A program made the translations under genes and the position numbers. From the NCBI RefSeq assembly GCF_963678425.2, contig NZ_CAXXOT010000004.1, forward strand, positions 1,537,978 through 1,569,977: a DNA stretch of 32,000 nucleotides. The letters run 5' to 3'. Of the stretch, positions 1-7,941 are shown piece by piece. Origin of the DNA: an uncultured Bacteroides sp. (GTDB lineage: Bacteria; Bacteroidota; Bacteroidia; Bacteroidales; Bacteroidaceae). Below the pieces are notes generated by a model. That model was not told where the DNA came from, did not search any database, and saw nothing but the letters and a program-made list of their open reading frames with translations. How positions within the stretch are numbered: the first letter of the stretch is position 1; the number at the start of each line of letters is the position of its first letter.

Positions 1-399
1 TTATAATTGAAGCACCCGATAATATGATTTACTAACCCAAGTATTGATGGTAGAATCCGTAACAACCGATGAATGATCTGCCCCGATAAGAGATAGGTTT
101 TCGCACCATAAACGACAGGTATCATTAGGCACGCTCAATGCCGACTCAAACAACAGGTTTTCAATCATAGCACCAAGCTCCGACTCCTTAATTACAATCT
201 TTTCCTTATAAAAAAGAGAGTAATACATCTGCTTTGTCTCAGGCGAAAGCTATTTTTGATAAAAAGTAAACTCATAAGCACCATCGGGTGATGTGAGTTT
301 TTGTTCCGTCTGCTGAATTATTGCTTGCGCAAAAGCAACAAACGGCATTAAAATTAATAGTAAGGCAACAAAAAGTTTCTTTAAATTACACTTCTTCAT
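1..399 (-). pseudogene. Disrupted secreted glycoside hydrolase gene; N-terminal region resembles GH97 (SusB-like). In-frame TAG at 250-252 and a stop at 1-3.
   Basis: ATG at 399 encodes MKKCNLKKLFVALLLILMPFVAFAQ (signal peptide), then ..QKLTSPDGAYEFTFYQK, TAG, LSPETKQMYYSLFYKEKIVIKESELG... Positions 399 and 228 are 171 nt apart, so both parts share one frame. The pattern QKLTSPD...Y.L.YK.K.VI..S.LG is what I recall from GH97 N-termini. The frame stops again at 1-3 after about 132 codons. Confidence 0.4.
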
Positions 400-450
400 T
401 GGTATTATTTTATGCAGTTCATATTCGTTTTACATTATAATACGAAGCTA

Positions 451-458
451 CAAAAATA
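451..458 (-). promoter_or_regulatory. Bacteroides-type -7 box (TAnnTTTG) for the GH97-like gene
   Basis: Plus strand CAAAAATA is TATTTTTG on the minus strand, about 52 nt upstream of the ATG at 399. Confidence 0.45.
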
Positions 459-509
459 AATACTCAAAAAGAAGTGTAATTTAATTAATCCCTATTTTGT
501 TCTAATAGT

Positions 510-1175
510 CTAATTGGGGATGTCTTGCTTCTTTAAAACTTTATAAATTTCTTCAGCAATACGTATAGCTCCAGCTTCGTTAGGATGTACATGATCAGGA
601 AAATACTGAGGACATCCACTTAGAGGAGTATGCAGATCAATGGTTTCTACCTTCATTTTCTTAGCAACAGCCTTGATGTAAGGAATAACATCGTGTGTGA
701 TAATACTGTCGTTTATTCCCCATTGTATGGCATAAGCCTGAACTGGATAACAAAGATATATTTTTGGCTTTGAAGGTAATGCCTTAAAAGCTTTTACCAT
801 AGTCGTCAGGTCTTTTTTAAATTCCTTTTTATACTTCCAGTTCTGAGGTTTACTATCATTAGTTCCCAGCTTGATGGTTACTATATCCGGCATAAAATCC
901 AATGCATCCTGATACTTTTTTTCCTTCATGTATGGATGGTCTCCTTTGTTTAATAAGGTTCTCCCACTGAAGCCAAAGTTATGCACTTCGTATCCATCGC
1001 CCAATAATCGTCCAAGTACGGCTGGATAACTATCTTTCTTCTGGTCTTTTACTCCAACTCCTTGTGTAATGCTATTCCCCACACAAGCCACTTTAATTAC
1101 TTTTTGCTGAGCAAAGGTTAGGTTACAGCAAAACAACAGCAAGCATAAAAACTGCAAATAAGATTTCTTTTTCAT
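510..1175 (-). CDS. Secreted SGNH/GDSL-family hydrolase (carbohydrate or sialate acetylesterase-like)
   Basis: 221 aa with an N-terminal signal peptide. Block I motif VACVGNSITQG (GDS-like Ser) and C-terminal DHVHPNEAG (DxxH catalytic pair). Confidence 0.85.
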   Translation of the reverse strand: MKKKSYLQFLCLLLFCCNLTFAQQKVIKVACVGNSITQGVGVKDQKKDSYPAVLGRLLGDGYEVHNFGFSGRTLLNKGDHPYMKEKKYQDALDFMPDIVTIKLGTNDSKPQNWKYKKEFKKDLTTMVKAFKALPSKPKIYLCYPVQAYAIQWGINDSIITHDVIPYIKAVAKKMKVETIDLHTPLSGCPQYFPDHVHPNEAGAIRIAEEIYKVLKKQDIPN

Positions 1176-1232
1176 TTTTTATTAGACTTATTAATTAGTT
1201 ATTATAGACCTAGGTTTATTCCTTTATTATTT

Positions 1233-1240
1233 CAAATTTA
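1233..1240 (-). promoter_or_regulatory. -7 box (TAnnTTTG) for the SGNH hydrolase gene
   Basis: Plus strand CAAATTTA is TAAATTTG on the minus strand, about 58 nt upstream of the ATG at 1175. Confidence 0.45.
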
Positions 1241-1321
1241 TCTTTTTATTTAAAAACACATGAAACAGGTAAATTAACAAATGCGCCTGGATAAATTGAA
1301 GGTATTGTACTTCATGCAATT

Positions 1322-4015
1322 CTACAAGGAAGATCCAAAGATGTAATCACCCGATAGAACTATATAAACAGCATATTTTCCTTCGGTTTTCAAGAAATGA
1401 ATATTCTCACTGTTTCTTATTTTTTTTCCACTTTCAGTTATGTTCTTATAATCATTTGCCGGGATATAAACAAGTGCCTGACTATTTACAGGAATGGAGC
1501 AATTCAAGGTAAAATTTAAATTTTCCTTTTTCCAGTCAACTTTAATTTTTCCATATCCGGTTTCTTCATCGGACTTAACAAAGTTCACATCTTTAGCTAT
1601 ATACGGTTTGATAATAAATTGCTGGAACCCGGTTTGCTCAGAACTTTGTTGAATGCCTGCCAAACTCTTCATAAACCATGATGCTATACCTGTAAAACAA
1701 GTATGAATCTTACTGGGAACATCCACACTCCAGTATTCTGGCCAGGTTGTTTCACCTTGAGCCAAAAAATAGCCGAAACCAGGCAAGGTTTCTTTGGACA
1801 GACATTGATCCATAAAACTGTTCCCATCATATCTTTCAATGAGATATTTCAGCAAAACAGGAAGTCCGGAACTCCCCATGTCAAGATAGGGCTTTTCTTT
1901 CATGATCTCTTCAAATCTATCTTTTACTGCTGATTGACAAGAATCTGGCACAATATTGGTCAACAGTGCAAATGCCATTTGTACCTGAGTACCTTTAGAA
2001 TAGATTCTTTGCTGAGGATTGTAGAAGCGATTATGAATATTGACTTTCAAATCAGCCAGCCGTTTATCATACAACGCAGCATCCTCTTCGTGGCCCAATA
2101 ATCTGGCAATAGTGATAAAGTCTGTCAGGTTCATAGCATATGTACAGTTATTGAAATATTGTGCTTCCGGAGAATCACCTTTTTCCTTGCGATCACCAGG
2201 AGCCGCCCAATCACCAAGGAATTTGCCCCAATGATCGCCATACTGGCAAAGCAATCCATCCTTGCATTTTGAGTTCAGGAACTCCAGCCACTTTTTTGCT
2301 GAAGGATAAATAGCTTCAAGAATTCTTTTATCGCCCGTATTCTTGTAGAACTCGCAACTAACATTCAAACCCGCGCTACTCCACATTGCACCTCCGTAAT
2401 GTCTATTAATTTGTGGGGCCGTATGATTAATCCATCCGTTATCTTCTTGTACATCCGTCCAGTCGCGAACATGTTTCTTATAAAAAGAGTTCACGTCATA
2501 ATTAGGGAAACCTATTCCCCAGGAAGTTGCAAATACTTCTTCTCCATATCCAAGTCTTTCACGATGCGGGCAATCACTGGTATACCCTTCAATCGTGTTG
2601 CAGCGATAAGTCCAAAGGTCTGTGTCATAGATTTTATTGAATAATTCCTTTGAACAAGTGAAATGTCCGGTTTGCTCTAAATCGGTACCAATAGCATACC
2701 CCGTAATATTCTCCAATTGGGAACGTTCCTTCAGCCCTTCAATGGTAATATAACGACCAGCCTCATAGTTAAACCGGTTCCGGAACTGCTCAAGTCTCTC
2801 TCCATTACAGATATAAACCATTCGTTGAGCAAAATCCTGTTCTGTTTTATCATCATCGGCCACTTTTATAACTACCTTATCTCCCCGTTGCATACCTTTT
2901 AACTGCAGATTAATCCATCCGGTATAGTTTTTCCCCATATCTGCTTTGTATTTATTATTGGGAAGAGATGTAATGGACTGAGAAGGGATCGTTTCCAGAA
3001 TTCTTGTAGGAGGCATAATCTGAGATGACAAAGCAATATTGATTACAGTATCTTTGACCTGTTGCCATTGGCTGTCATCAAAGTTCACTGCATTCCAGTC
3101 TGGAACATATTTGGTTGCATCTAACAGCTCGGCTCCATGATCTCTATATTCACATTTTCCATTGTTGGCACTATTACTGACGGCACATTTCCAGGAGGCA
3201 TCCGATTGAAGAGAGAACTGCTCTCCGTCACTTGTAAAACCATTCATCTGTACTTTAAAAGCTTGCGGCATCCGAAAGAATTCATACATAGACCAACCGG
3301 GACCATACCAGACAGCAATTGTGTTGTTCCCTTTTTTCAGAAAAGAAGTTATATCATAAGTAACGTACATGGCCCGCTTATCCAAACGAGTTAATGAAGG
3401 AGCCAAGATCCGATCGTCTACTTTCTTACCGTTAACATACAGTTCATGATAGCCTATAGAGGCAACATAAGCAAAGGCGGAACTTAGTACTTTATCCAGC
3501 TTAAAGTTCTTGCGGAACCAGCAATGTTTCTCTTTAGATGCGGTTGGATGCTTTATCCATTGCCCTTTCCAATCGGAAGCTTGTAGCAATCCGATAGAAA
3601 AACGGGCAATATTGCTCCAGCACGTTGCTTTATTATCTTTATCATAAGCTCTGACTTTCCAATAACAGAGTTGTCCGGAATGTAATTTTATGGATTTAAG
3701 AGGGAGCAAAGTTGATTGAGGTGAAGCTATTTTTCCACTGCTCCATACATCAGCCTTCCCATCCTTCAAAAGAGTAGAATCACTTGCAATACAAATTTCA
3801 TAAGCTGTTTGACGTTGCCCTCTTGTAAAATCAATAAGTTTCCAGCTTAAATTGGGTATCTCTACATCCACACCTAAAGGATTTTGCACGTACTCACATC
3901 TCAAATCGGTAACTTGCATGGATGATTTTGTCTCTTTTGCCATCAATGTAGATGTAAATAAAGGCAGTAAGAATATTAAAATCCATCTGCTGCAATGGGA
4001 AATATTAAAATTCAT
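1322..4015 (-). CDS. Glycoside hydrolase family 78 alpha-L-rhamnosidase (secreted)
   Basis: 897 aa with a signal peptide. N-terminal DLRCEYVQNPLGVDVEIPNLSWKL is the characteristic GH78 rhamnosidase opening. Length and (alpha/alpha)6-type C-terminal region fit. Confidence 0.9.
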   Translation of the reverse strand: MNFNISHCSRWILIFLLPLFTSTLMAKETKSSMQVTDLRCEYVQNPLGVDVEIPNLSWKLIDFTRGQRQTAYEICIASDSTLLKDGKADVWSSGKIASPQSTLLPLKSIKLHSGQLCYWKVRAYDKDNKATCWSNIARFSIGLLQASDWKGQWIKHPTASKEKHCWFRKNFKLDKVLSSAFAYVASIGYHELYVNGKKVDDRILAPSLTRLDKRAMYVTYDITSFLKKGNNTIAVWYGPGWSMYEFFRMPQAFKVQMNGFTSDGEQFSLQSDASWKCAVSNSANNGKCEYRDHGAELLDATKYVPDWNAVNFDDSQWQQVKDTVINIALSSQIMPPTRILETIPSQSITSLPNNKYKADMGKNYTGWINLQLKGMQRGDKVVIKVADDDKTEQDFAQRMVYICNGERLEQFRNRFNYEAGRYITIEGLKERSQLENITGYAIGTDLEQTGHFTCSKELFNKIYDTDLWTYRCNTIEGYTSDCPHRERLGYGEEVFATSWGIGFPNYDVNSFYKKHVRDWTDVQEDNGWINHTAPQINRHYGGAMWSSAGLNVSCEFYKNTGDKRILEAIYPSAKKWLEFLNSKCKDGLLCQYGDHWGKFLGDWAAPGDRKEKGDSPEAQYFNNCTYAMNLTDFITIARLLGHEEDAALYDKRLADLKVNIHNRFYNPQQRIYSKGTQVQMAFALLTNIVPDSCQSAVKDRFEEIMKEKPYLDMGSSGLPVLLKYLIERYDGNSFMDQCLSKETLPGFGYFLAQGETTWPEYWSVDVPSKIHTCFTGIASWFMKSLAGIQQSSEQTGFQQFIIKPYIAKDVNFVKSDEETGYGKIKVDWKKENLNFTLNCSIPVNSQALVYIPANDYKNITESGKKIRNSENIHFLKTEGKYAVYIVLSGDYIFGSSL

Positions 4016-4307
4016 ATTATTTCAAGATTTATAAACGTATATTACTATATGTCTAATTCAGATAGTGCACTTATTCTCTAAATGAGAATTAACCATTAAG
4101 TTGAAGACAAAATGAACGACACTAAATGAATAGAGAGCTTTTCATACTGGCTATATTTATAAGGTTAGTCACATATTATATAGTGATTACATTACTAATA
4201 GAAGCTGCCAAAGTTATTAAAAAAGCTGTAGAGCTACAAGGCTCTAAACATAAAATCACAAAATTAGATTTCATTGCCAGAATTCTAATATTATCAAGAA
4301 ACAAATA

Positions 4308-4412
4308 ATTGGCGAATGATTTTAAATAATTGGCGTAGAATTTTCATTTATTGGTGAATGATTCTTTTTTATTGGTGAATGGTTTTTATTTATTGGCGAA
4401 TAATGTGTATTT
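4308..4412 (+). repeat. Five tandem 21-bp direct repeats (core ATTGGYGAATRRT), exactly phased
   Basis: ATTGG begins at 4308, 4329, 4350, 4371 and 4392. Units: ATTGGCGAATGATTTTAAATA / ATTGGCGTAGAATTTTCATTT / ATTGGTGAATGATTCTTTTTT / ATTGGTGAATGGTTTTTATTT / ATTGGCGAATAATGTGTATTT. Confidence 0.9.
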
Positions 4413-4415
4413 TTG
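4408..4415 (+). promoter_or_regulatory. -7 box (TATTTTTG) of the guaA promoter
   Basis: Matches TAnnTTTG 34 nt upstream of the guaA ATG and overlaps the 3' end of the fifth 21-bp repeat. Confidence 0.5.
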
Positions 4416-4448
4416 CACGCATAACATTCCAAACATATACATTACATC

Positions 4449-5972
4449 ATGCAAGAAAAGATTATCATTCTTGATTTCGGATCGCAGACCACTCAGCTTA
4501 TTGGCCGCAGAGTACGTGAATTGGATACGTATTGCGAAATCCTGCCCTACAACAAATTCCCTAAAAACGATGAGTCGGTAAAGGGAGTTATCCTATCCGG
4601 AAGCCCTTTCTCAGTATACGACGAAGCGGCTTTTAAAATCGATTTAAGTGAGATTCGTGGGAAATATCCTATCTTGGGTATCTGCTATGGTGCACAATTT
4701 ATGGCGTATACGAACGGCGGAAAAGTTGAACCAGCTGGCACACGTGAATACGGACGTGCTAATCTTGATACTTTCTGCAAAGAAAACGTGTTATTTAAAG
4801 GAGTAGAAAAGAACTCACAGGTATGGATGAGCCACGGCGATACCATCACTGCCATTCCTGATAATTTTAAAACCATCGCTTCAACTAATGAGGTAGCTAT
4901 TGCTGCTTATCAGGTTGAAGGCGAACAAATATGGGGCGTACAGTTCCACCCTGAAGTATTCCATACAACAGACGGAACACAAATTCTTCGCAACTTCGTT
5001 GTTGATATTTGCGGATGCAAACAAGACTGGAGTCCGGCTTCGTTCATTGAAAGTACTGTTGCTCAGTTGAAAGAACAATTAGGCGATGATAAAGTAGTTC
5101 TTGGTCTTTCTGGTGGTGTAGATTCATCGGTTGCTGCCGTACTGCTAAACAAAGCAATTGGTAAGAACCTGACTTGTATCTTTGTAGATCACGGAATGCT
5201 TCGCAAAAACGAATTCGAGAATGTTATGACCGATTACGAACACTTAGGTCTTAACGTAATTGGTGTAAATGCAAAAGATAAATTCTTCAGCGAACTTGCT
5301 GACGTAACAGACCCTGAACGCAAACGCAAGATTATCGGTAAAGGCTTTATTGATGTATTCGACGAAGAAGCCCGCAAACTGAAAGATGTGAAATGGCTGG
5401 CACAAGGTACTATCTATCCAGACTGTATCGAGTCACTTTCCATCACCGGAACAGTAATCAAGAGCCACCACAACGTAGGTGGTCTTCCAGAAGAAATGAA
5501 CCTGAAACTTTGCGAACCTCTCCGCCTTTTATTCAAAGACGAAGTACGTCGCGTTGGCCGTAAGTTGGGTATGATGGAACATCTTATTACCCGTCATCCT
5601 TTCCCGGGTCCAGGTTTAGCCGTTCGTATCTTAGGCGATATCACTCCCGATAAAGTGCGCGTACTTCAGGAAGCAGACGATATCTTCATCAGCGGATTAC
5701 GCGAATGGGGACTTTACGATCAGGTATGGCAGGCAGGAGTAATCCTTCTTCCAGTTCAGTCTGTAGGTGTAATGGGTGATGAAAGAACATACGAGAATGC
5801 AGTAGCACTTCGTGCCGTTACTTCAACCGATGCCATGACAGCCGACTGGGCTCACCTACCCTACGAATTCCTTGGTAAGATTTCTAATGAAATCATCAAC
5901 AAGGTAAAAGGTGTGAACCGCGTTACTTATGATATTAGTTCTAAGCCACCTGCAACTATTGAATGGGAATAA
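4449..5972 (+). CDS. guaA: GMP synthase (glutamine-hydrolysing)
   Basis: 507 aa. N-terminal class I glutamine amidotransferase ([14 protein letters not shown]), PP-loop [10 protein letters not shown], and C-terminal dimerisation domain ending PPATIEWE. Confidence 0.97.
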   Translation: MQEKIIILDFGSQTTQLIGRRVRELDTYCEILPYNKFPKNDESVKGVILSGSPFSVYDEAAFKIDLSEIRGKYPILGICYGAQFMAYTNGGKVEPAGTREYGRANLDTFCKENVLFKGVEKNSQVWMSHGDTITAIPDNFKTIASTNEVAIAAYQVEGEQIWGVQFHPEVFHTTDGTQILRNFVVDICGCKQDWSPASFIESTVAQLKEQLGDDKVVLGLSGGVDSSVAAVLLNKAIGKNLTCIFVDHGMLRKNEFENVMTDYEHLGLNVIGVNAKDKFFSELADVTDPERKRKIIGKGFIDVFDEEARKLKDVKWLAQGTIYPDCIESLSITGTVIKSHHNVGGLPEEMNLKLCEPLRLLFKDEVRRVGRKLGMMEHLITRHPFPGPGLAVRILGDITPDKVRVLQEADDIFISGLREWGLYDQVWQAGVILLPVQSVGVMGDERTYENAVALRAVTSTDAMTADWAHLPYEFLGKISNEIINKVKGVNRVTYDISSKPPATIEWE

Positions 5973-6022
5973 TTAGATTATAAAGGCATTTCTTTGGAGA
6001 AATGACTTGAGATATTAAAGAA

Positions 6023-6063
6023 AGAGACTAGACATTTCTGTTAGAATGTTTAGTCTCTTTTTA
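6023..6063. terminator. Hairpin terminator between convergent guaA and the 191-aa gene
   Basis: AGAGACTAGACATT (6023-6036) pairs with AATGTTTAGTCTCT (6045-6058) with one mismatch. T-run follows; A-rich tract precedes. Confidence 0.6.
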
Positions 6064-6077
6064 TTCTAGATAAGCAT

Positions 6078-6653
6078 CTATTCTTCAAAATCCTTAAGCT
6101 CTTCCGTAGCTTTTAAAAAATCATCAATTCTTTTAGATATTACTCCTTTATAAAGATAAATACCAAGTGATAAAGAAATAATCAAAACAGCTGTATAAAC
6201 TATGATTGTAAACCAATCTTGATATGCATGTTTTAAAATAAAACTACAGCCCCATATTATTACTCCAACTAATAAAAATATAGTTTCTCGTCCAAATAAT
6301 GATTCATAATGGAGTATCGCTTTTGATTGTTCTATTAACGTATTCTTATCAACATTAATTCTAGAAATAAGCCATACCTTGTATATTTCCCAGGAAGTTA
6401 TTAAAAATGTACATATAGGGGCTACCAATTCAACCCAAAGAGGAAGATTTCGTATAGCAACTGCAAGACAAACAGATACAAATAGTAGAGCACAAATAGC
6501 TAACGATCTTAATTCAAATTGTTTTATTCTAGAAAAGGCAGTTGTTTTTTTTTGATTAATCATTTCTGTAATTACACGACGGCTTAATTCTTCATTTTCC
6601 TGTATCTTATCATTAAGCTCATTCCAGGCTAGTTTTAATTCTTCAAGTTCCAT
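6078..6653 (-). CDS. Membrane protein co-transcribed with the ECF sigma factor (candidate non-canonical anti-sigma factor)
   Basis: 191 aa. Charged helical N-terminus (MELEELKLAWNELNDKIQENEELSRR), about 4 predicted TM helices and an acidic C-terminal helix. Starts 11 nt after the sigma gene stop. No zf-HC2 or FecR motif seen. Confidence 0.5.
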   Translation of the reverse strand: MELEELKLAWNELNDKIQENEELSRRVITEMINQKKTTAFSRIKQFELRSLAICALLFVSVCLAVAIRNLPLWVELVAPICTFLITSWEIYKVWLISRINVDKNTLIEQSKAILHYESLFGRETIFLLVGVIIWGCSFILKHAYQDWFTIIVYTAVLIISLSLGIYLYKGVISKRIDDFLKATEELKDFEE

Positions 6654-6664
6654 GATTATAAGTA

Positions 6665-7147
6665 TTAATTGTTTGACATTTTTCTTAATTTTTCTCTTAT
6701 TCTATTTAGTTTTACTGCAATATTATTCTTTGAAAGACCTGTAATTTTGGATATTTCATCATAAGGTCTTTCATCAATCCATAAAAGAATCAGAGCTCGT
6801 TCCAACTTTCCAAGACGACTAATAAGAAGATACATTTCCCGAATATTCGTATCACTCTCAGCTACCAAAAAATCCATATCTAAATTTAAGGGAATTGTGT
6901 CGGGGCGTTTAACTTTTTTTCTAAAATCTGAAATGCATGTATTTAATGCAACACGATATATCCATGTTGATAATTTGCATTCCTGTTTAAATGCAGGATA
7001 AGCTTTCCACAAATTTATTACTACCTCTTGATATAGATCATTTAAATCGTCATTATTAGAAGCATACATATAGCATACCTTGTAAATGATACGTTTATTT
7101 AGCTGCAATGCATCTACAAATTCTTTCTCCAATTCAATATTTGCCAT
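6665..7147 (-). CDS. ECF-type RNA polymerase sigma-70 family factor
   Basis: 160 aa. Region 2 (DLYQEVVINLWKAY ... STWIYRVALNTCISDFRK) and region 4 HTH (YDEISKITGLSKNNIAVKLNRIREKL). Confidence 0.85.
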   Translation of the reverse strand: MANIELEKEFVDALQLNKRIIYKVCYMYASNNDDLNDLYQEVVINLWKAYPAFKQECKLSTWIYRVALNTCISDFRKKVKRPDTIPLNLDMDFLVAESDTNIREMYLLISRLGKLERALILLWIDERPYDEISKITGLSKNNIAVKLNRIREKLRKMSNN

Positions 7148-7242
7148 CTTTTAATTACTTTTTACACGTTAGTCGTCAAAAAGTTTAAATGATTACAGTC
7201 TGTGCAAAAATTCTACTTTTAATTATACAATAATATATTTAT

Positions 7243-7250
7243 CAAAATTA
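7243..7250 (-). promoter_or_regulatory. -7 box candidate for the sigma operon
   Basis: Plus strand CAAAATTA is TAATTTTG on the minus strand, about 95 nt upstream of the ATG at 7147. Confidence 0.4.
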
Positions 7251-7255
7251 TTCTA

Positions 7256-7263
7256 TATATTTG
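7256..7263 (+). promoter_or_regulatory. -7 box (TATATTTG) for the 175-aa ORF
   Basis: TAnnTTTG match 28 nt upstream of the ATG at 7292. Confidence 0.45.
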
Positions 7264-7291
7264 GACAATATAAAGAATAAAAATCAGCCAA

Positions 7292-7819
7292 ATGGAAACT
7301 ATATCCAATAAACTTTTATTTAATTTATACCTAACCTTACTATTTATATCAGAATGTTTGGGATTATATATTGCAGGCTTAGTTATACACAGTATTGCTA
7401 TAAGTAATTGGGACCTATTAATTGTGTTTTTGTCCAGATTTGGACTTTTTGCAGGCATAAGCATACTAATTTCTTTATTCCTAGACAAATATATACAACC
7501 TGATTATTTCGAAATTAGTATCTCGAGGAGAAATATTCAAATTAAATTATACAAACCAAACAGGCAAAATGGATTATATTTCTTTTCAATCTTATTTTAT
7601 ATAAAAAATATCAGTTTTGCAGAAATAGCTTTAAATAAATATGAATATTATACCTTCTCATATGATAAATTAAAAATAAGAAAGAATCTGCATTTTTATA
7701 TAACGAATAACAACCAGATAAGACAACTTGAAGTGAATATCTCACGGGCATCAAAGGCTAAGTTTCAAGAAATAACAGAAAGTCTAGATAAGTTTAAACT
7801 TAATGTGCATTCAAATTAA
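7292..7819 (+). CDS. Hypothetical membrane protein (2-3 N-terminal TM helices plus a beta-rich C-terminal domain)
   Basis: 175-aa ORF in a very AT-rich stretch with its own -7 box. No recognisable family. The AT-rich context raises the chance of a spurious ORF. Confidence 0.45.
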   Translation: METISNKLLFNLYLTLLFISECLGLYIAGLVIHSIAISNWDLLIVFLSRFGLFAGISILISLFLDKYIQPDYFEISISRRNIQIKLYKPNRQNGLYFFSILFYIKNISFAEIALNKYEYYTFSYDKLKIRKNLHFYITNNNQIRQLEVNISRASKAKFQEITESLDKFKLNVHSN

Positions 7820-7898
7820 CTTCTTTAACTTGCGCCCCCAGAATCGGGATAGTTTCATTTTTATTTTGGAAATAATATAAGAAAAATGTTCAAACAAT

Positions 7899-7934
7899 AA
7901 AAATGCGCCATAAATACAGAAATGGCGCATTTTT
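7899..7934. terminator. Bidirectional hairpin terminator
   Basis: AAAAATGCGCCAT (7899-7911) pairs with ATGGCGCATTTTT (7922-7934). A-run and T-run flanks. Lies between convergent genes. Confidence 0.65.
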
Positions 7935-7941
7935 ATTACAT

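Noticed and set aside
4308-4412. Considered whether the 21-bp repeat array (and the 23-bp array at 17585-17676) could be a mini CRISPR array.
   Set aside because: The units are contiguous with no unique spacers of about 30 bp. The repeats are degenerate in their 3' halves, and no cas genes or leader are present. No CRISPR is called in this window.
4126-4581. Track ORFs 4126..4308 (60 aa) and 4351..4581 (76 aa) upstream of and overlapping guaA.
   Set aside because: There is no promoter box and the sequence is low-complexity and AT-rich. The second ORF is simply a translation of the 21-bp repeats and overlaps the guaA start. Both are judged spurious.
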